Shown: positions 17,184 to 25,920, numbered from the stretch's first letter. The stretch is DNA of 36,469 bases from a virus (IMGVR_UViG_3300025139_000037:1-36469); one strand, 5' to 3'. The notes: generated by a model not told the origin, from the letters alone. Program-made: numbers and translations.

Positions 17184-18052
17184 CGACAATGGTTATGGTC
17201 ATCTACAGCTTGATTGCGCTTCTGTCCGCTTATGTGATCGCCGAAGGAATCTGGACGCTCCGGGTCACCTCACCGGACCGTCGCCGAAACGGCCAGCCGA
17301 CGCTTGGTGACATCTTCCGGATGCGTAACACCGAACTCGATCTGAAAGCGAGCGGTAGGATGTCGCGATATGAGATTCGTGCGGCGCTCGCAACAGGCGG
17401 GCCGGCCGGACTCGACCGTGAAATCCGGAAGCAGTTTAGAGGAGGGAGCAGCTACACCCACTGGTCGATCGATTACAAATATGCTGCTTATGACTATCAT
17501 GGGAAGAAGCAGCCGGGCTGCTGGGCGAGCAACGAAGGCGTTGGGGAAGCTGTGATATGGTTCTACAACGAACGCAAGCCGCCGAAGCCGGAACCGAAAC
17601 CCGAGCCTGTCCCCAGTCTCAAGACAGAGGACTGGGACGAGGAGCGGGAGCGTCTGGCGGCATTCAAGAAGCACCCGAGCGCCTTCTGGCTGAACCCTGA
17701 TTGGCACAAGGCACGAGAGACCGGGCAGCCCTTCTGGATGCATGACCCGGCTCCGCTTCCTGAGGAGACTTCACTGGACGGTGATTTTCATCTACTCGTT
17801 GAATATCTCATCTACAACGACATGGGTTTCGACGATGGCTTGATGCTCCAACAGTTCGGTGATCCCCAGCCGATTGCTCTGCTCATGCTCGACGATCGGG
17901 CCATTCAGGTCTCCCGGAAAGATTTCCGATCCGCTCAACGAATGGCCCGTGAGTTACGTGGTAGGAGCGATGAACGTATCAGAAACGAACTTCGCGAAAC
18001 TCGTCGCAAACTCCATGAATCCCGCCGGGTCTTTTCTGAAAGGTATCGCTGA
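17180..18052 (+). CDS. Membrane-anchored hypothetical protein
   Basis: N-terminal TM helix; PPKPEPKPEP linker. Confidence 0.75.
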   Translation: MTTMVMVIYSLIALLSAYVIAEGIWTLRVTSPDRRRNGQPTLGDIFRMRNTELDLKASGRMSRYEIRAALATGGPAGLDREIRKQFRGGSSYTHWSIDYKYAAYDYHGKKQPGCWASNEGVGEAVIWFYNERKPPKPEPKPEPVPSLKTEDWDEERERLAAFKKHPSAFWLNPDWHKARETGQPFWMHDPAPLPEETSLDGDFHLLVEYLIYNDMGFDDGLMLQQFGDPQPIALLMLDDRAIQVSRKDFRSAQRMARELRGRSDERIRNELRETRRKLHESRRVFSERYR

Positions 18053-18294
18053 TGGATCGGCCGGAGTTCTTGGAGCCTACCGATGACTTTGGTCCCCTCC
18101 GGGAAGGACCACACTCAGTGCGCTCACAGGCAGATAAAATCGCCAACCAGATCAGGATCGAGCGGGGCATTCTCCTGCGGCTTCCTCCCCTATTTCAACG
18201 CGAACAGGAGCTTCGCATCACAGCGCTCGAAGAAATGCACCAACAAGCTAAGGAGTATGCCTTCGCCTTGTGGAAAAAGGAACGCAACAAATGA
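18052..18294 (+). CDS. Hypothetical protein
   Basis: TGATG overlap. Confidence 0.7.
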   Translation: MDRPEFLEPTDDFGPLREGPHSVRSQADKIANQIRIERGILLRLPPLFQREQELRITALEEMHQQAKEYAFALWKKERNK

Positions 18295-18647
18295 CGGACA
18301 CAATCGCCTACCTACCGATCCCACCAGCGGCTTGGGAATACATCGCGTCCGCTCTGGAAGAGGCTGGATACCCCGGCCATATGATCACTCACATCGACGG
18401 CCGGAATACGGTTGCTATTCCGCTGGATGGACTCGCAATCATCCCAGCCGGTGATCGGGATATGTTCATCAACAGCGGCCGCCTGTCCGATCTCTTGGTG
18501 GGTGTGGGTGAACACGCTTTCCGGGCCGGATTCACCAACGGGATGTCTTTTGCACTTGACGAAACTGACAGCGTGGGGAATGTGAACCGAGCGTGGGACG
18601 CCTACGAAGTCCCGGAAGAACTCATCGAACTGCAAGATCAACTCTGA
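18291..18647 (+). CDS. Hypothetical protein
   Basis: AAGGA SD, ATGA overlap (MTDTIAY...). Confidence 0.75.
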   Translation: MTDTIAYLPIPPAAWEYIASALEEAGYPGHMITHIDGRNTVAIPLDGLAIIPAGDRDMFINSGRLSDLLVGVGEHAFRAGFTNGMSFALDETDSVGNVNRAWDAYEVPEELIELQDQL

Positions 18648-18659
18648 GGAGATACACAA

Positions 18660-19208
18660 ATGGCGAAGAACAGCGACAAGCCGACCATCCAGCAGCCGGG
18701 CTCACTGACGTGGCCCTTCCGTCTCGGCGACAAGGTTCGTGACAAGATCAACGGCCTCGAAGGTATCCTGACTGCTCGTTTCTATCACATGACCGGCTGC
18801 GACCGGTTCGCATTGGAGCTTCCGCCCGAAGGCAACAAGCCGGGGGATTTCTATACCCTTGACGGCAACAGGCTCGAACTGGTCGAATCCGCACCCGAGC
18901 GGCACCGGGCTGATGAAGTCCCTGAGGACCTTCACATCAAGCTGGGAGACGAATGCAAGTCGCTCATCCATGGCTTGACCGGGACGGTGACGATTGTCCA
19001 TGTCCCCCTCTACGGGGCGATTCAGGTCAGTATCGATCCCAAATGGGACCCGAAGGAAAAGAAGATGCCGGAAGGCTACTTCGTCGATGCGGCCTTCGTG
19101 GAAGTGACCAAGCCCTACACGCCGGGTCAGCCGAAAGCGAAGCCGTCCGCTGCGATCAAGGAATCGCGTGGCGCTTGCCGTATGCCCAGCAACTTCTCGC
19201 CGCGCTGA
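18660..19208 (+). CDS. Hypothetical protein with two tandem SH3/KOW-like repeats
   Basis: GAGGAG SD; LGDKVRDKINGLEGILT versus LGDECKSLIHGLTGTVT internal duplication. Confidence 0.8.
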   Translation: MAKNSDKPTIQQPGSLTWPFRLGDKVRDKINGLEGILTARFYHMTGCDRFALELPPEGNKPGDFYTLDGNRLELVESAPERHRADEVPEDLHIKLGDECKSLIHGLTGTVTIVHVPLYGAIQVSIDPKWDPKEKKMPEGYFVDAAFVEVTKPYTPGQPKAKPSAAIKESRGACRMPSNFSPR

Positions 19209-19209
19209 T

Positions 19210-19530
19210 ATGAAGATCGACGACAACACTTTCGAACAGGCGTTGAAGGAAACCAAGGGACCGGTCATGCTGGTCTTCAAGGCTTCCTTCTGCGGCCCTT
19301 CCGCGCTGCTCGATCCGCTGCTGGATCAGCTTGCTGACGACTATGAGGAAGTTCTTCTCGTGGACATCGACGTGGAGAAGAACCCGAACATCACGCGCAC
19401 CTACCAAGTCCGCCAGACGCCCACCATGATCTTGTTCGACAAGGGTGAGCCGTTGGGGACCCGTATGGGAACCTCGACTTACGATCAACTGGCGGACTGG
19501 TTGGAAAACCTTCTCGCCAAGTTAAAATAG
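19210..19530 (+). CDS. Thioredoxin-fold protein with atypical FCGPS active site
   Basis: TFEQ...PV...F.A.FCGPS..L.P.L.QLA..Y...ID...NP.....Y.VR.TPT..LF..GE pattern. Confidence 0.85.
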   Translation: MKIDDNTFEQALKETKGPVMLVFKASFCGPSALLDPLLDQLADDYEEVLLVDIDVEKNPNITRTYQVRQTPTMILFDKGEPLGTRMGTSTYDQLADWLENLLAKLK

Positions 19531-19533
19531 CGT

Positions 19534-19593
19534 TTGACGACTAGGAAGATTTGTCCTATCCGATTCGCATCAACAACGAATCGGAGGCAACCT
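19534..19593 (+). promoter_or_regulatory. Repeated promoter/leader/RBS element, copy 4
   Basis: TTGACG ACTAGGAAGATTTGTCC TATCCGATTC GCATCAACAAC GAATC GGAGG, then ATG 19594. Confidence 0.85.
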
Positions 19594-19893
19594 ATGTTTG
19601 AGAATGATCACACCGACGCCGAGCTTGCTCGCCGCACACACGATTACGAAATGGGTGGCGAGACACCGGACGAGCGCGCTTACGGCGAGTGGACTGAGCG
19701 AGCCGAGAGCTTGCTGATCGATGCCGGTGTGACCACCGAACAGCGCGGCCTCGACGGCGATCAGGAAACTGACGGCTTTTCCCTCGATCTGGCCTACGAA
19801 CTTTTCCTCGAAGGCGTCACGCCGGAAGACTACGTTACCAGCGTTTTCTTCGAGCGTGGCCTTCTCGGCTTCCGCGATGGAGACGCTACATGA
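19594..19893 (+). CDS. Acidic hypothetical phage protein
   Basis: Start re-called after copy 4; LDGDQ.TDG.SLD.AY..F..G.T...YV motif. Confidence 0.8.
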   Translation: MFENDHTDAELARRTHDYEMGGETPDERAYGEWTERAESLLIDAGVTTEQRGLDGDQETDGFSLDLAYELFLEGVTPEDYVTSVFFERGLLGFRDGDAT

Positions 19894-20246
19894 AGAAGCT
19901 CGATTACGACACCACCACGCTCGTCGCCGGGCTCTTCGGCAAGATCATCATGTGGGCGATCTTCTGGTCCCTCGGATTCCTCAGCATTCTTTATGGCGGC
20001 TTCGTCCTGCGGGAGTTGTGGGAGTGGTTCGCTGTTCCTGCCGGTTTCGAGATGATCACCAAACGAACTTCGATCGGTATTTTTCTGATCGTGGGTCTGC
20101 TCAAAGCCAGCTTCGGCACCACGCAGGAGCCCGACGATAAAGGCCGGCCGGCCTATTACCGTGGCATCGCTGCTCTGGTCGCCTACTTCGTCTTCTTCAC
20201 GATCGCGTGGGGCAGCGCCGCCGTCTGGCACTTCTGGCTTCTGTAA
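19890..20246 (+). CDS. Membrane protein with about three TM segments
   Basis: ATGA overlap; hydrophobic segments; LW.WF.VP motif. Confidence 0.8.
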   Translation: MKKLDYDTTTLVAGLFGKIIMWAIFWSLGFLSILYGGFVLRELWEWFAVPAGFEMITKRTSIGIFLIVGLLKASFGTTQEPDDKGRPAYYRGIAALVAYFVFFTIAWGSAAVWHFWLL

Positions 20247-20256
20247 GGAGATGAAC

Positions 20257-20532
20257 ATGATCTGCAACATCAATCGTCTCCGTAAGCCGGCCGATCCCTA
20301 CACCTGTCCGGCGACTGCTCAAGCTCTGCGCTTCATGACGGAGCATGGACACCCCGGATACGAGATTCACATCCAGAACGCACAGGCGATGTTCGACGAG
20401 ATGCAGGCGGAAGCGGGCCCCGGCGGTCCTGATTGCCCCTTCCTGCAAGAAACGCTCGATGGTCTCGACAAGGAAATCTGGGAAACGGCACAAGCGGCCT
20501 GCGATCGGTTCGATGACTGGGCGACGGATTAA
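20257..20532 (+). CDS. Hypothetical protein
   Basis: AAGGAG SD; start is 20257 or 20251. Confidence 0.75.
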   Translation: MICNINRLRKPADPYTCPATAQALRFMTEHGHPGYEIHIQNAQAMFDEMQAEAGPGGPDCPFLQETLDGLDKEIWETAQAACDRFDDWATD

Positions 20533-20537
20533 GACGC

Positions 20538-20600
20538 TTGACGAACCGGAAGATTTGTCCTAATCGAATCACATCAACAACGAATCGAGGAGACACGATC
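20538..20600 (+). promoter_or_regulatory. Repeated promoter/leader/RBS element, copy 5
   Basis: TTGACG AACCGGAAGATTTGTCC TAATCGAATC ACATCAACAAC GAATC GAGGAGAC, then ATG 20601. Confidence 0.85.
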
Positions 20601-21161
20601 ATGAACCCCATCGAAAAAGCTGTCTTGCCGCTCAAGAAAGATGCCATCGCACGCGCCAAGGAAACAGCCGAGCAGATGATTGAACGCATCCGCTCCGATC
20701 TGGACGAGGCTGGTGGTGACATCAACAAGGCTGCTCCTTATCCGAAGTCCTCGGATTATGGGATGGTGTATGCAGCCAAGCGCTCGCGCTACAACGACTT
20801 TCACGCGGTCACCAAAACACACCCGGACCACCGTCCCAGTTATCGTTTTGACGAACCCAAATTCGTGGTGATCGACGAGGAGAAGGTCGTTCGCTTCATC
20901 GAACAGTATATGGAATGGGCTGCCGCTGACTACGACGCTTTCGTCGTCAAGCTGGTCAAGAAGATCGGCGAGGTCAAGAAAGCCAAGCTCCACGGCAACC
21001 ACGTCTGGGGTTACTCGACGCTGGTGGTCACCAAGCCGGACGGCGAAGTTCAGGCGTGGAAGACCCAGCAGATCGTGAACCGCTCGAAGCTGGGCAAGCC
21101 CTTCAACCAGTGGCCGACCCGGCGCATGAAGAAGGTCCCGGACCTGCGGGAAGTAGCATGA
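20601..21161 (+). CDS. Conserved hypothetical phage protein
   Basis: Start re-called (MNPIEKAV...); HVWGYS.L...WKTQ.I.N.SKLGK.FNQWPTR motif. Confidence 0.85.
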   Translation: MNPIEKAVLPLKKDAIARAKETAEQMIERIRSDLDEAGGDINKAAPYPKSSDYGMVYAAKRSRYNDFHAVTKTHPDHRPSYRFDEPKFVVIDEEKVVRFIEQYMEWAAADYDAFVVKLVKKIGEVKKAKLHGNHVWGYSTLVVTKPDGEVQAWKTQQIVNRSKLGKPFNQWPTRRMKKVPDLREVA

Positions 21162-21337
21162 GCGTGACACCCAGCAGCCTCGCTAGGGCTTTCCGCAACA
21201 AGACAGCACAACGCGCCGCGATCACAGACACCAGCGAGGTTAAGGTGGACTCCGATTCGGCCACTTTCTTTGTCTATGACAACGACGGTGGCGTTCTCAA
21301 GGTGACTGTCGCCCAATACAAGGAACCAATTCGCTGA
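21158..21337 (+). CDS. Small hypothetical protein
   Basis: ATGA and TGATG overlaps (MSVTPSSL...). Confidence 0.65.
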   Translation: MSVTPSSLARAFRNKTAQRAAITDTSEVKVDSDSATFFVYDNDGGVLKVTVAQYKEPIR

Positions 21338-22356
21338 TGCAACCCGCTAAGACACTCCTCCGCATCCAACACGGATCACACCTCTACGGCACCAGCACGC
21401 CCACGTCCGATCTGGACTACAAGGGTGTATTCCTGCCCGCCGGCCGTGACATCCTGCTCCAGCGCGTTCCCAACGTGATCGACAAGGGAACCGGTGACAA
21501 CACCACGAAGAACACGAAGGATGATGTGGACGATCAGTCGTTCCCGCTCCAGAAGTTCCTCAAGATGGTCACCAGCGGGGATACCGTCGGAACCGAGCTT
21601 CTGTTCGCGCCTGACTGGGCGATCGTGGAAATGGACCCTGATTGGGAACTGATCCGGGAGAACAAGCACCTGCTGCTCAACAAGCAGTGCAAGGGCTTTG
21701 TCGGCTACTGCCAGCGTCAGGCTGCCAAGTATGGCATCAAAGGCTCCCGGATGGCGGCGTGCCGCGATCTGGTGGTCTTGTTGGATCACGCGGTCCGTGA
21801 ATACGGGACTACTGCGAAGCTGGGCGAGCTTTCCACGCAGCTTGCGGTCTTCTGCGGCACCCACGAGTTCTCCGAGATCGTCAACATTCCGAGCCAAGCA
21901 GGTAAGGAATTACTCCACCTCGACGTGGTGGATCGCAAGGTGCCCTTCACCAACTCGATCAAGAACGCTCTCGACATCTACTCGAAGGTCTACGAAAACT
22001 ACGGCGAACGCGCTCGCGCTGCCATGGACAACCAAGGCATCGACTGGAAGGCGATCAGCCACGCTATCCGCGTCGCTGGGCAGGCCAAGGAATTGCTTCT
22101 GACCGGGCACATCACGTTCCCCCGGCCGGATGCCGGCTATCTCCTGAAAGTCAAGCGGGGCGAGTTCAACTACAACGAAGTCGCCCCGGTTCTGGAACAG
22201 ATGGTGGAAGACGTGGATTTCGTCCCGCGCCTGAGAAAGCGGACCGAGACACAAGAACGTCTTCGTCGTCTAGCGACCGAGGCTATCTCTTCCCGACTCG
22301 AAGGGATGACCGAAGAAGAACGATCGGCTGTCCGTCTGGTCTTCGGGATCACCTGA
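21337..22356 (+). CDS. DNA polymerase beta-superfamily nucleotidyltransferase (RlaP-like phage family)
   Basis: HGSHLYGTSTPTSDLDYKGVF (GS...DxD); DWKA.SHA.R...ELL.TG.I.FPRP.A..LL.VK.G C-terminal motif. Confidence 0.85.
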   Translation: MQPAKTLLRIQHGSHLYGTSTPTSDLDYKGVFLPAGRDILLQRVPNVIDKGTGDNTTKNTKDDVDDQSFPLQKFLKMVTSGDTVGTELLFAPDWAIVEMDPDWELIRENKHLLLNKQCKGFVGYCQRQAAKYGIKGSRMAACRDLVVLLDHAVREYGTTAKLGELSTQLAVFCGTHEFSEIVNIPSQAGKELLHLDVVDRKVPFTNSIKNALDIYSKVYENYGERARAAMDNQGIDWKAISHAIRVAGQAKELLLTGHITFPRPDAGYLLKVKRGEFNYNEVAPVLEQMVEDVDFVPRLRKRTETQERLRRLATEAISSRLEGMTEEERSAVRLVFGIT

Positions 22357-22358
22357 TC

Positions 22359-22745
22359 ATGCCTGTCTACCACGGGCAAGCCCCGTTTCTCGAATGCTCG
22401 TCGGCCGGCGACAAACGATTCTCGGCCTACTATGCGCGCATCAAGGGGCGGGACAACCGATCGATCGAGGAAATCTACCAAGCCGCCAAGGTCTTCTCTT
22501 GCGGCTCCACCGGGCTGTCCATCAAGGAAGCACGGGGAAAGCGCCCGATTAACATCAGGGAATGTCATGACCTCTATAGCCGCCTATGGGATGAGTATAT
22601 TCAAGAAAATCCCAGTCTTCTCAAGGTTCTGGTCGAAGCCACAGGCTTATGTGATCGGTTCGGTCAGCGTGGTCACTGCTGTCAGGCTACAGAGCTATGG
22701 CGAATCCGAAACAGTTACCCGGTGAATTATTCGATTGACGAGTAG
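22359..22745 (+). CDS. Possible NADAR-like protein
   Basis: LECSS....FSA......SIEEIYQAAKVF resembles NADAR-family motifs; the ORF itself is clear, the function is tentative. Confidence 0.5.
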   Translation: MPVYHGQAPFLECSSAGDKRFSAYYARIKGRDNRSIEEIYQAAKVFSCGSTGLSIKEARGKRPINIRECHDLYSRLWDEYIQENPSLLKVLVEATGLCDRFGQRGHCCQATELWRIRNSYPVNYSIDE

Positions 22746-22796
22746 GAAGATTTGTCCTATCGGATTCACATCAACAACGAATCGAGGAGACAGATC
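22735..22796 (+). promoter_or_regulatory. Repeated promoter/leader/RBS element, copy 6
   Basis: TTGACG AGTAGGAAGATTTGTCC TATCGGATTC ACATCAACAAC GAATC GAGGAGAC, then ATG 22797. Confidence 0.85.
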
Positions 22797-23180
22797 ATGA
22801 CTATCAGAAACCGCGAACTGGCGAACGACTACAGCGATTTCCGCTACGCTTGCGACATGGCACCGGCCGGCACCTACGAGAAGAGCAAGGACCGCCTCAT
22901 CACCCTGTCCGACATGATGGATGGCATGGAAGCGGCTGCCAAGGAAGTGGGCCTCAAGGTCAGCAACAGCGACCGCGCCTTCGAGATCGAAGCGATGATG
23001 TTTGACATGCTCCGGGCCGAAAACCCGGACAGCGAGATCGAATCTGCGATCGGTCTGGGAGCCACGCTCCGCGATGCTGACTGCGGCACGATGGATCGTA
23101 TCATCGAAGACCTTCGCCGCGCCGCTGAAATGCGTCAGGTTCTCCAGCGTGAAGCTGAGAACCCGGAGGAGCTTGTCTGA
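22797..23180 (+). CDS. Hypothetical protein
   Basis: Start re-called (MTIRNREL...) after copy 6. Confidence 0.8.
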   Translation: MTIRNRELANDYSDFRYACDMAPAGTYEKSKDRLITLSDMMDGMEAAAKEVGLKVSNSDRAFEIEAMMFDMLRAENPDSEIESAIGLGATLRDADCGTMDRIIEDLRRAAEMRQVLQREAENPEELV

Positions 23181-23608
23181 TGAAACTCATCGACGCAATC
23201 CGCCGGGTCGAACGCCCGGAAGCAGCGGCTCCGTGGGATTTCTCGGCCCCGATCCCTGAGATGTGCAGCGATCTTTCGATCAATGAAATCCACAGCTACC
23301 CTGAGGAACTGCTTTCTCGCCTCAAGGAATATCCCATTTTCAACTGGCTTTGCACCGACGAGATGGTGGGTCTTTCAGCCCTTTATCTCGACGGCGAGCC
23401 GGTTGGTGCTTGCTACCGTTCCGGTCGCAAGATGGGCTATATCTTCAAGTGGATTTCAGGAGACACCGCAAACAAGACGCGGGACGTTCTCCTGAGCTAT
23501 CTGGTTGATGAAGTAAACACTCCGGTCGATCTGGTGGGTGATCTGTCCATCGAGGATTTCAGATACCTTGGTGAAGAGGACACCCGGCTGCGGGTGAATC
23601 CCGAATGA
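23180..23608 (+). CDS. Hypothetical phage protein
   Basis: GGAGGAG SD; WLCTD..VG....YLDGEPV....GRK...W.S motif. Confidence 0.8.
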   Translation: MKLIDAIRRVERPEAAAPWDFSAPIPEMCSDLSINEIHSYPEELLSRLKEYPIFNWLCTDEMVGLSALYLDGEPVGACYRSGRKMGYIFKWISGDTANKTRDVLLSYLVDEVNTPVDLVGDLSIEDFRYLGEEDTRLRVNPE

Positions 23609-24084
23609 GCGACGAACAGAAGGGGCTCAAGTTCTACCTGTGCCAGACACCATCCGGTCCGCAATACGTGCATCTGCAAGCTGACGCCAAGAAGATCGAT
23701 CCGAACTACCAGACGGTCTTCGTGGACACCAGCAAGCAGGCGCTAATGGACCGCCTCAATCATCTCATGCGCGGCCCGATCCGTGGGATCGACTCGATGG
23801 AGATGGACGAACCAGAGGAGCCGGGCGAGACGCCTCGTCCGGCTCCCACCCCACCCCCTGCGCTGCGTCCGCCGGCTGTCCAAGCCCGTGTTGAGCGAAT
23901 GTATGAGCAGATCGATGTGGAGGAATTTCTTTTCCGGGTCCCGGTTGACGAAATTTATCGGCTCGATGCTCTCGAAGCTATCATCAAGGATCAACGGGAA
24001 CGGTTACTGAACCCCGGCGTCCGTAAAGCACAACCAACCGAGCCGGAACGAACCGGTCGTAAGCAATGGGGAAAGAAAGCATGA
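23605..24084 (+). CDS. Hypothetical protein with Pro-rich linker
   Basis: ATGA overlap, 159 aa. Confidence 0.8.
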   Translation: MSDEQKGLKFYLCQTPSGPQYVHLQADAKKIDPNYQTVFVDTSKQALMDRLNHLMRGPIRGIDSMEMDEPEEPGETPRPAPTPPPALRPPAVQARVERMYEQIDVEEFLFRVPVDEIYRLDALEAIIKDQRERLLNPGVRKAQPTEPERTGRKQWGKKA

Positions 24085-24254
24085 ACCTGCTCGAAATCTA
24101 TCTGATCATCTCGACTATTGCGCTTGTTTTTGCCGGGGTCTGCTGGAACAGTGGTGGGATTAACAAGCTGATCCGGACGGTGATATTCCTGATCGCAATA
24201 CTCGGCGGCTTCCTCGCCCTGAACGCGATCGGCTTCGTGCTGGGTGTTGAATGA
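24081..24254 (+). CDS. Small membrane protein with two TM segments
   Basis: ATGA overlap (MNLLEIYL...), hydrophobic. Confidence 0.75.
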   Translation: MNLLEIYLIISTIALVFAGVCWNSGGINKLIRTVIFLIAILGGFLALNAIGFVLGVE

Positions 24255-24565
24255 TCGAGCAATACCTGCCTTACGTCACACTGACGGGTCTTTTCGTTCT
24301 CATGTTCCTTGTGACCAAGAGGGCGAAACACCAGCCGGGGATTGACGATAACCACACCATCCCACCCAAGTCGGCTTTGGCGATCGCTGTTGCAGAGGCG
24401 GAAGGGAAGCCTGCTATTTTCCACGGCGGGTGTGTGAGGTGTCTATGGCGTCATCAGAACACCACCCACGCTGGGATCGCCTTTTGCCGAGGCTGTATGT
24501 ATTTTTGTTGGGACCAATCTCTTCCTGACAAGTCGGTGAACGAATACGATCTCGAAAAATTGTAG
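24251..24565 (+). CDS. Membrane-anchored protein with two CxxC motifs
   Basis: N-terminal TM; FHGGCVRC...FCRGCMYF. Confidence 0.75.
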   Translation: MIEQYLPYVTLTGLFVLMFLVTKRAKHQPGIDDNHTIPPKSALAIAVAEAEGKPAIFHGGCVRCLWRHQNTTHAGIAFCRGCMYFCWDQSLPDKSVNEYDLEKL

Positions 24566-24626
24566 TTGACGAACCGGAAGAATCGTCCTATTCGTCTTTC
24601 ATCGACAACGAATCAGGAGACAGCCG
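24566..24626 (+). promoter_or_regulatory. Repeated promoter/leader/RBS element, copy 7
   Basis: TTGACG AACCGGAAGAATCGTCC TATTCGTCTT TCATCGACAAC GAATC AGGAGAC, then ATG 24627. Confidence 0.85.
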
Positions 24627-24878
24627 ATGACGAGACGAACCACACGCTACGAGTTTCAGTGCTATGACGAGAATGTCATGCCGACCGTCAATCTCTACCG
24701 AGATTACGCTTCGGATAGCGCCGCCCGTGGTGCCGCCGGTCGCCTCGCCAAACGCAACAACGCCCCGGTCGATCTCGCCTATGATGGCGACGAGCCGTGG
24801 AACGAACGCTACATCACAACCGCCTCGCCGAGTGAATACCACACTGCTGGTTACGCTCATGAACGGCTCGGCATCTAA
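24627..24878 (+). CDS. Hypothetical protein
   Basis: First gene after copy 7. Confidence 0.8.
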   Translation: MTRRTTRYEFQCYDENVMPTVNLYRDYASDSAARGAAGRLAKRNNAPVDLAYDGDEPWNERYITTASPSEYHTAGYAHERLGI

Positions 24879-24904
24879 CAACAGCAACAGGAGACAGACA
24901 CACC

Positions 24905-25237
24905 ATGGCTACCAAACCCAACCTTACCGTCGTGAACGAGATGCCCAGCTTCGAGCAGGCTCTGGAACGCATCTGCAATCTGCGGACTTCTATCCTGCTG
25001 ATAGCTTCACCGGACGCCGCGTCGATCGACATGAAGCTGGCCTTTTACAAGGAGCGGCCCGCATTCGACATCACGCTCCACGTCAAGGCAGAAGCTGACC
25101 ACCAGCGCCTCGTCTACATGCTCAAAGGCAATCCACTCAGCGACTATCGGTTCGAGAACGTCGAAGCCAAGCGCGACGGCCGATCGGCGACCCGCTGGCT
25201 GATCACCGCGACCGTGGTAAAGGGGTATGGGGCATGA
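24905..25237 (+). CDS. Hypothetical protein
   Basis: Preceded by the leader CAACAGCAACAGGAGACAGAC. Confidence 0.8.
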   Translation: MATKPNLTVVNEMPSFEQALERICNLRTSILLIASPDAASIDMKLAFYKERPAFDITLHVKAEADHQRLVYMLKGNPLSDYRFENVEAKRDGRSATRWLITATVVKGYGA

Positions 25238-25674
25238 AGGACGAAGACAGCGCAGCGGGCCGTCTCGGCGCTCTGATCAACCGGATCAAGGCAGCGGCCG
25301 ATCAATGCGACCAGCAGCGTTCCGAAGCCTTGACTGGTGAACTCAACCAGATCGCAGCGGACCTTTCCGACATCTGGGTGGATACCTTGCTCACCTACGA
25401 GGCTGTCGAGCCGGTGTTCAGCCCCAAGACGGGTGTTGGTCGCTCTGGTGAGATCAGCGTCATGGACCTGTGCTACAACGCCTTCATGATCGGCCGGCGG
25501 GGCATCCCGAGCGACCCCGAAGCGGATCGCTGCGACTGGTTCAACGACACCCATCCCCTGATTCGAGCCGGTGTTGAACGAATGCGGAAGGAAACCAGTC
25601 GGCGGATGGAATATGCCCGCGCCGACCGGGCCCGACAAAATCAGATTCACCGCGAACAGAGCGAGGAGAACTGA
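25234..25674 (+). CDS. Hypothetical protein
   Basis: ATGA overlap, 146 aa. Confidence 0.8.
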   Translation: MKDEDSAAGRLGALINRIKAAADQCDQQRSEALTGELNQIAADLSDIWVDTLLTYEAVEPVFSPKTGVGRSGEISVMDLCYNAFMIGRRGIPSDPEADRCDWFNDTHPLIRAGVERMRKETSRRMEYARADRARQNQIHREQSEEN

Positions 25675-25859
25675 TGGGTCAATGGGATGCTGAGATGAAC
25701 CCGTGGGAAAACACCCGCCTCGGAAACGACTGGGAATTGTGGTGGGCGTGGCACCCCGTGCGGGTGCCTCACTCGCCGGGCTATTCTGCTCTGACGTTCT
25801 TCGAGCCGGTGTGGCGTCGTAAGACCAACGGACGTTGGGAATACAAACTCCACGATTGA
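25674..25859 (+). CDS. Small Trp-rich hypothetical protein
   Basis: GAGGAG SD; W..WWAWHPVR....V.RR motif. Confidence 0.75.
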   Translation: MGQWDAEMNPWENTRLGNDWELWWAWHPVRVPHSPGYSALTFFEPVWRRKTNGRWEYKLHD

Positions 25860-25920
25860 CATTCTCGCACGACGGCGTATAGCCAAAATGTCGCTGAACG
25901 AATCAGCTAGGAGATACGCC
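25856..25920 (+). promoter_or_regulatory. Putative sigma70 promoter; divergent relative of the repeated element
   Basis: TTGACA-16 nt-TATAGC, then AACGAATCAG and AGGAG. Confidence 0.55.

Noticed and set aside
19534-22796. ORF-track starts at 19534, 20538 and 22752 giving similar N-termini (MT.RKICP.R..STTNR)
   Set aside because: Artefact of translating the promoter repeat; the real starts follow the SD at 19594, 20601 and 22797
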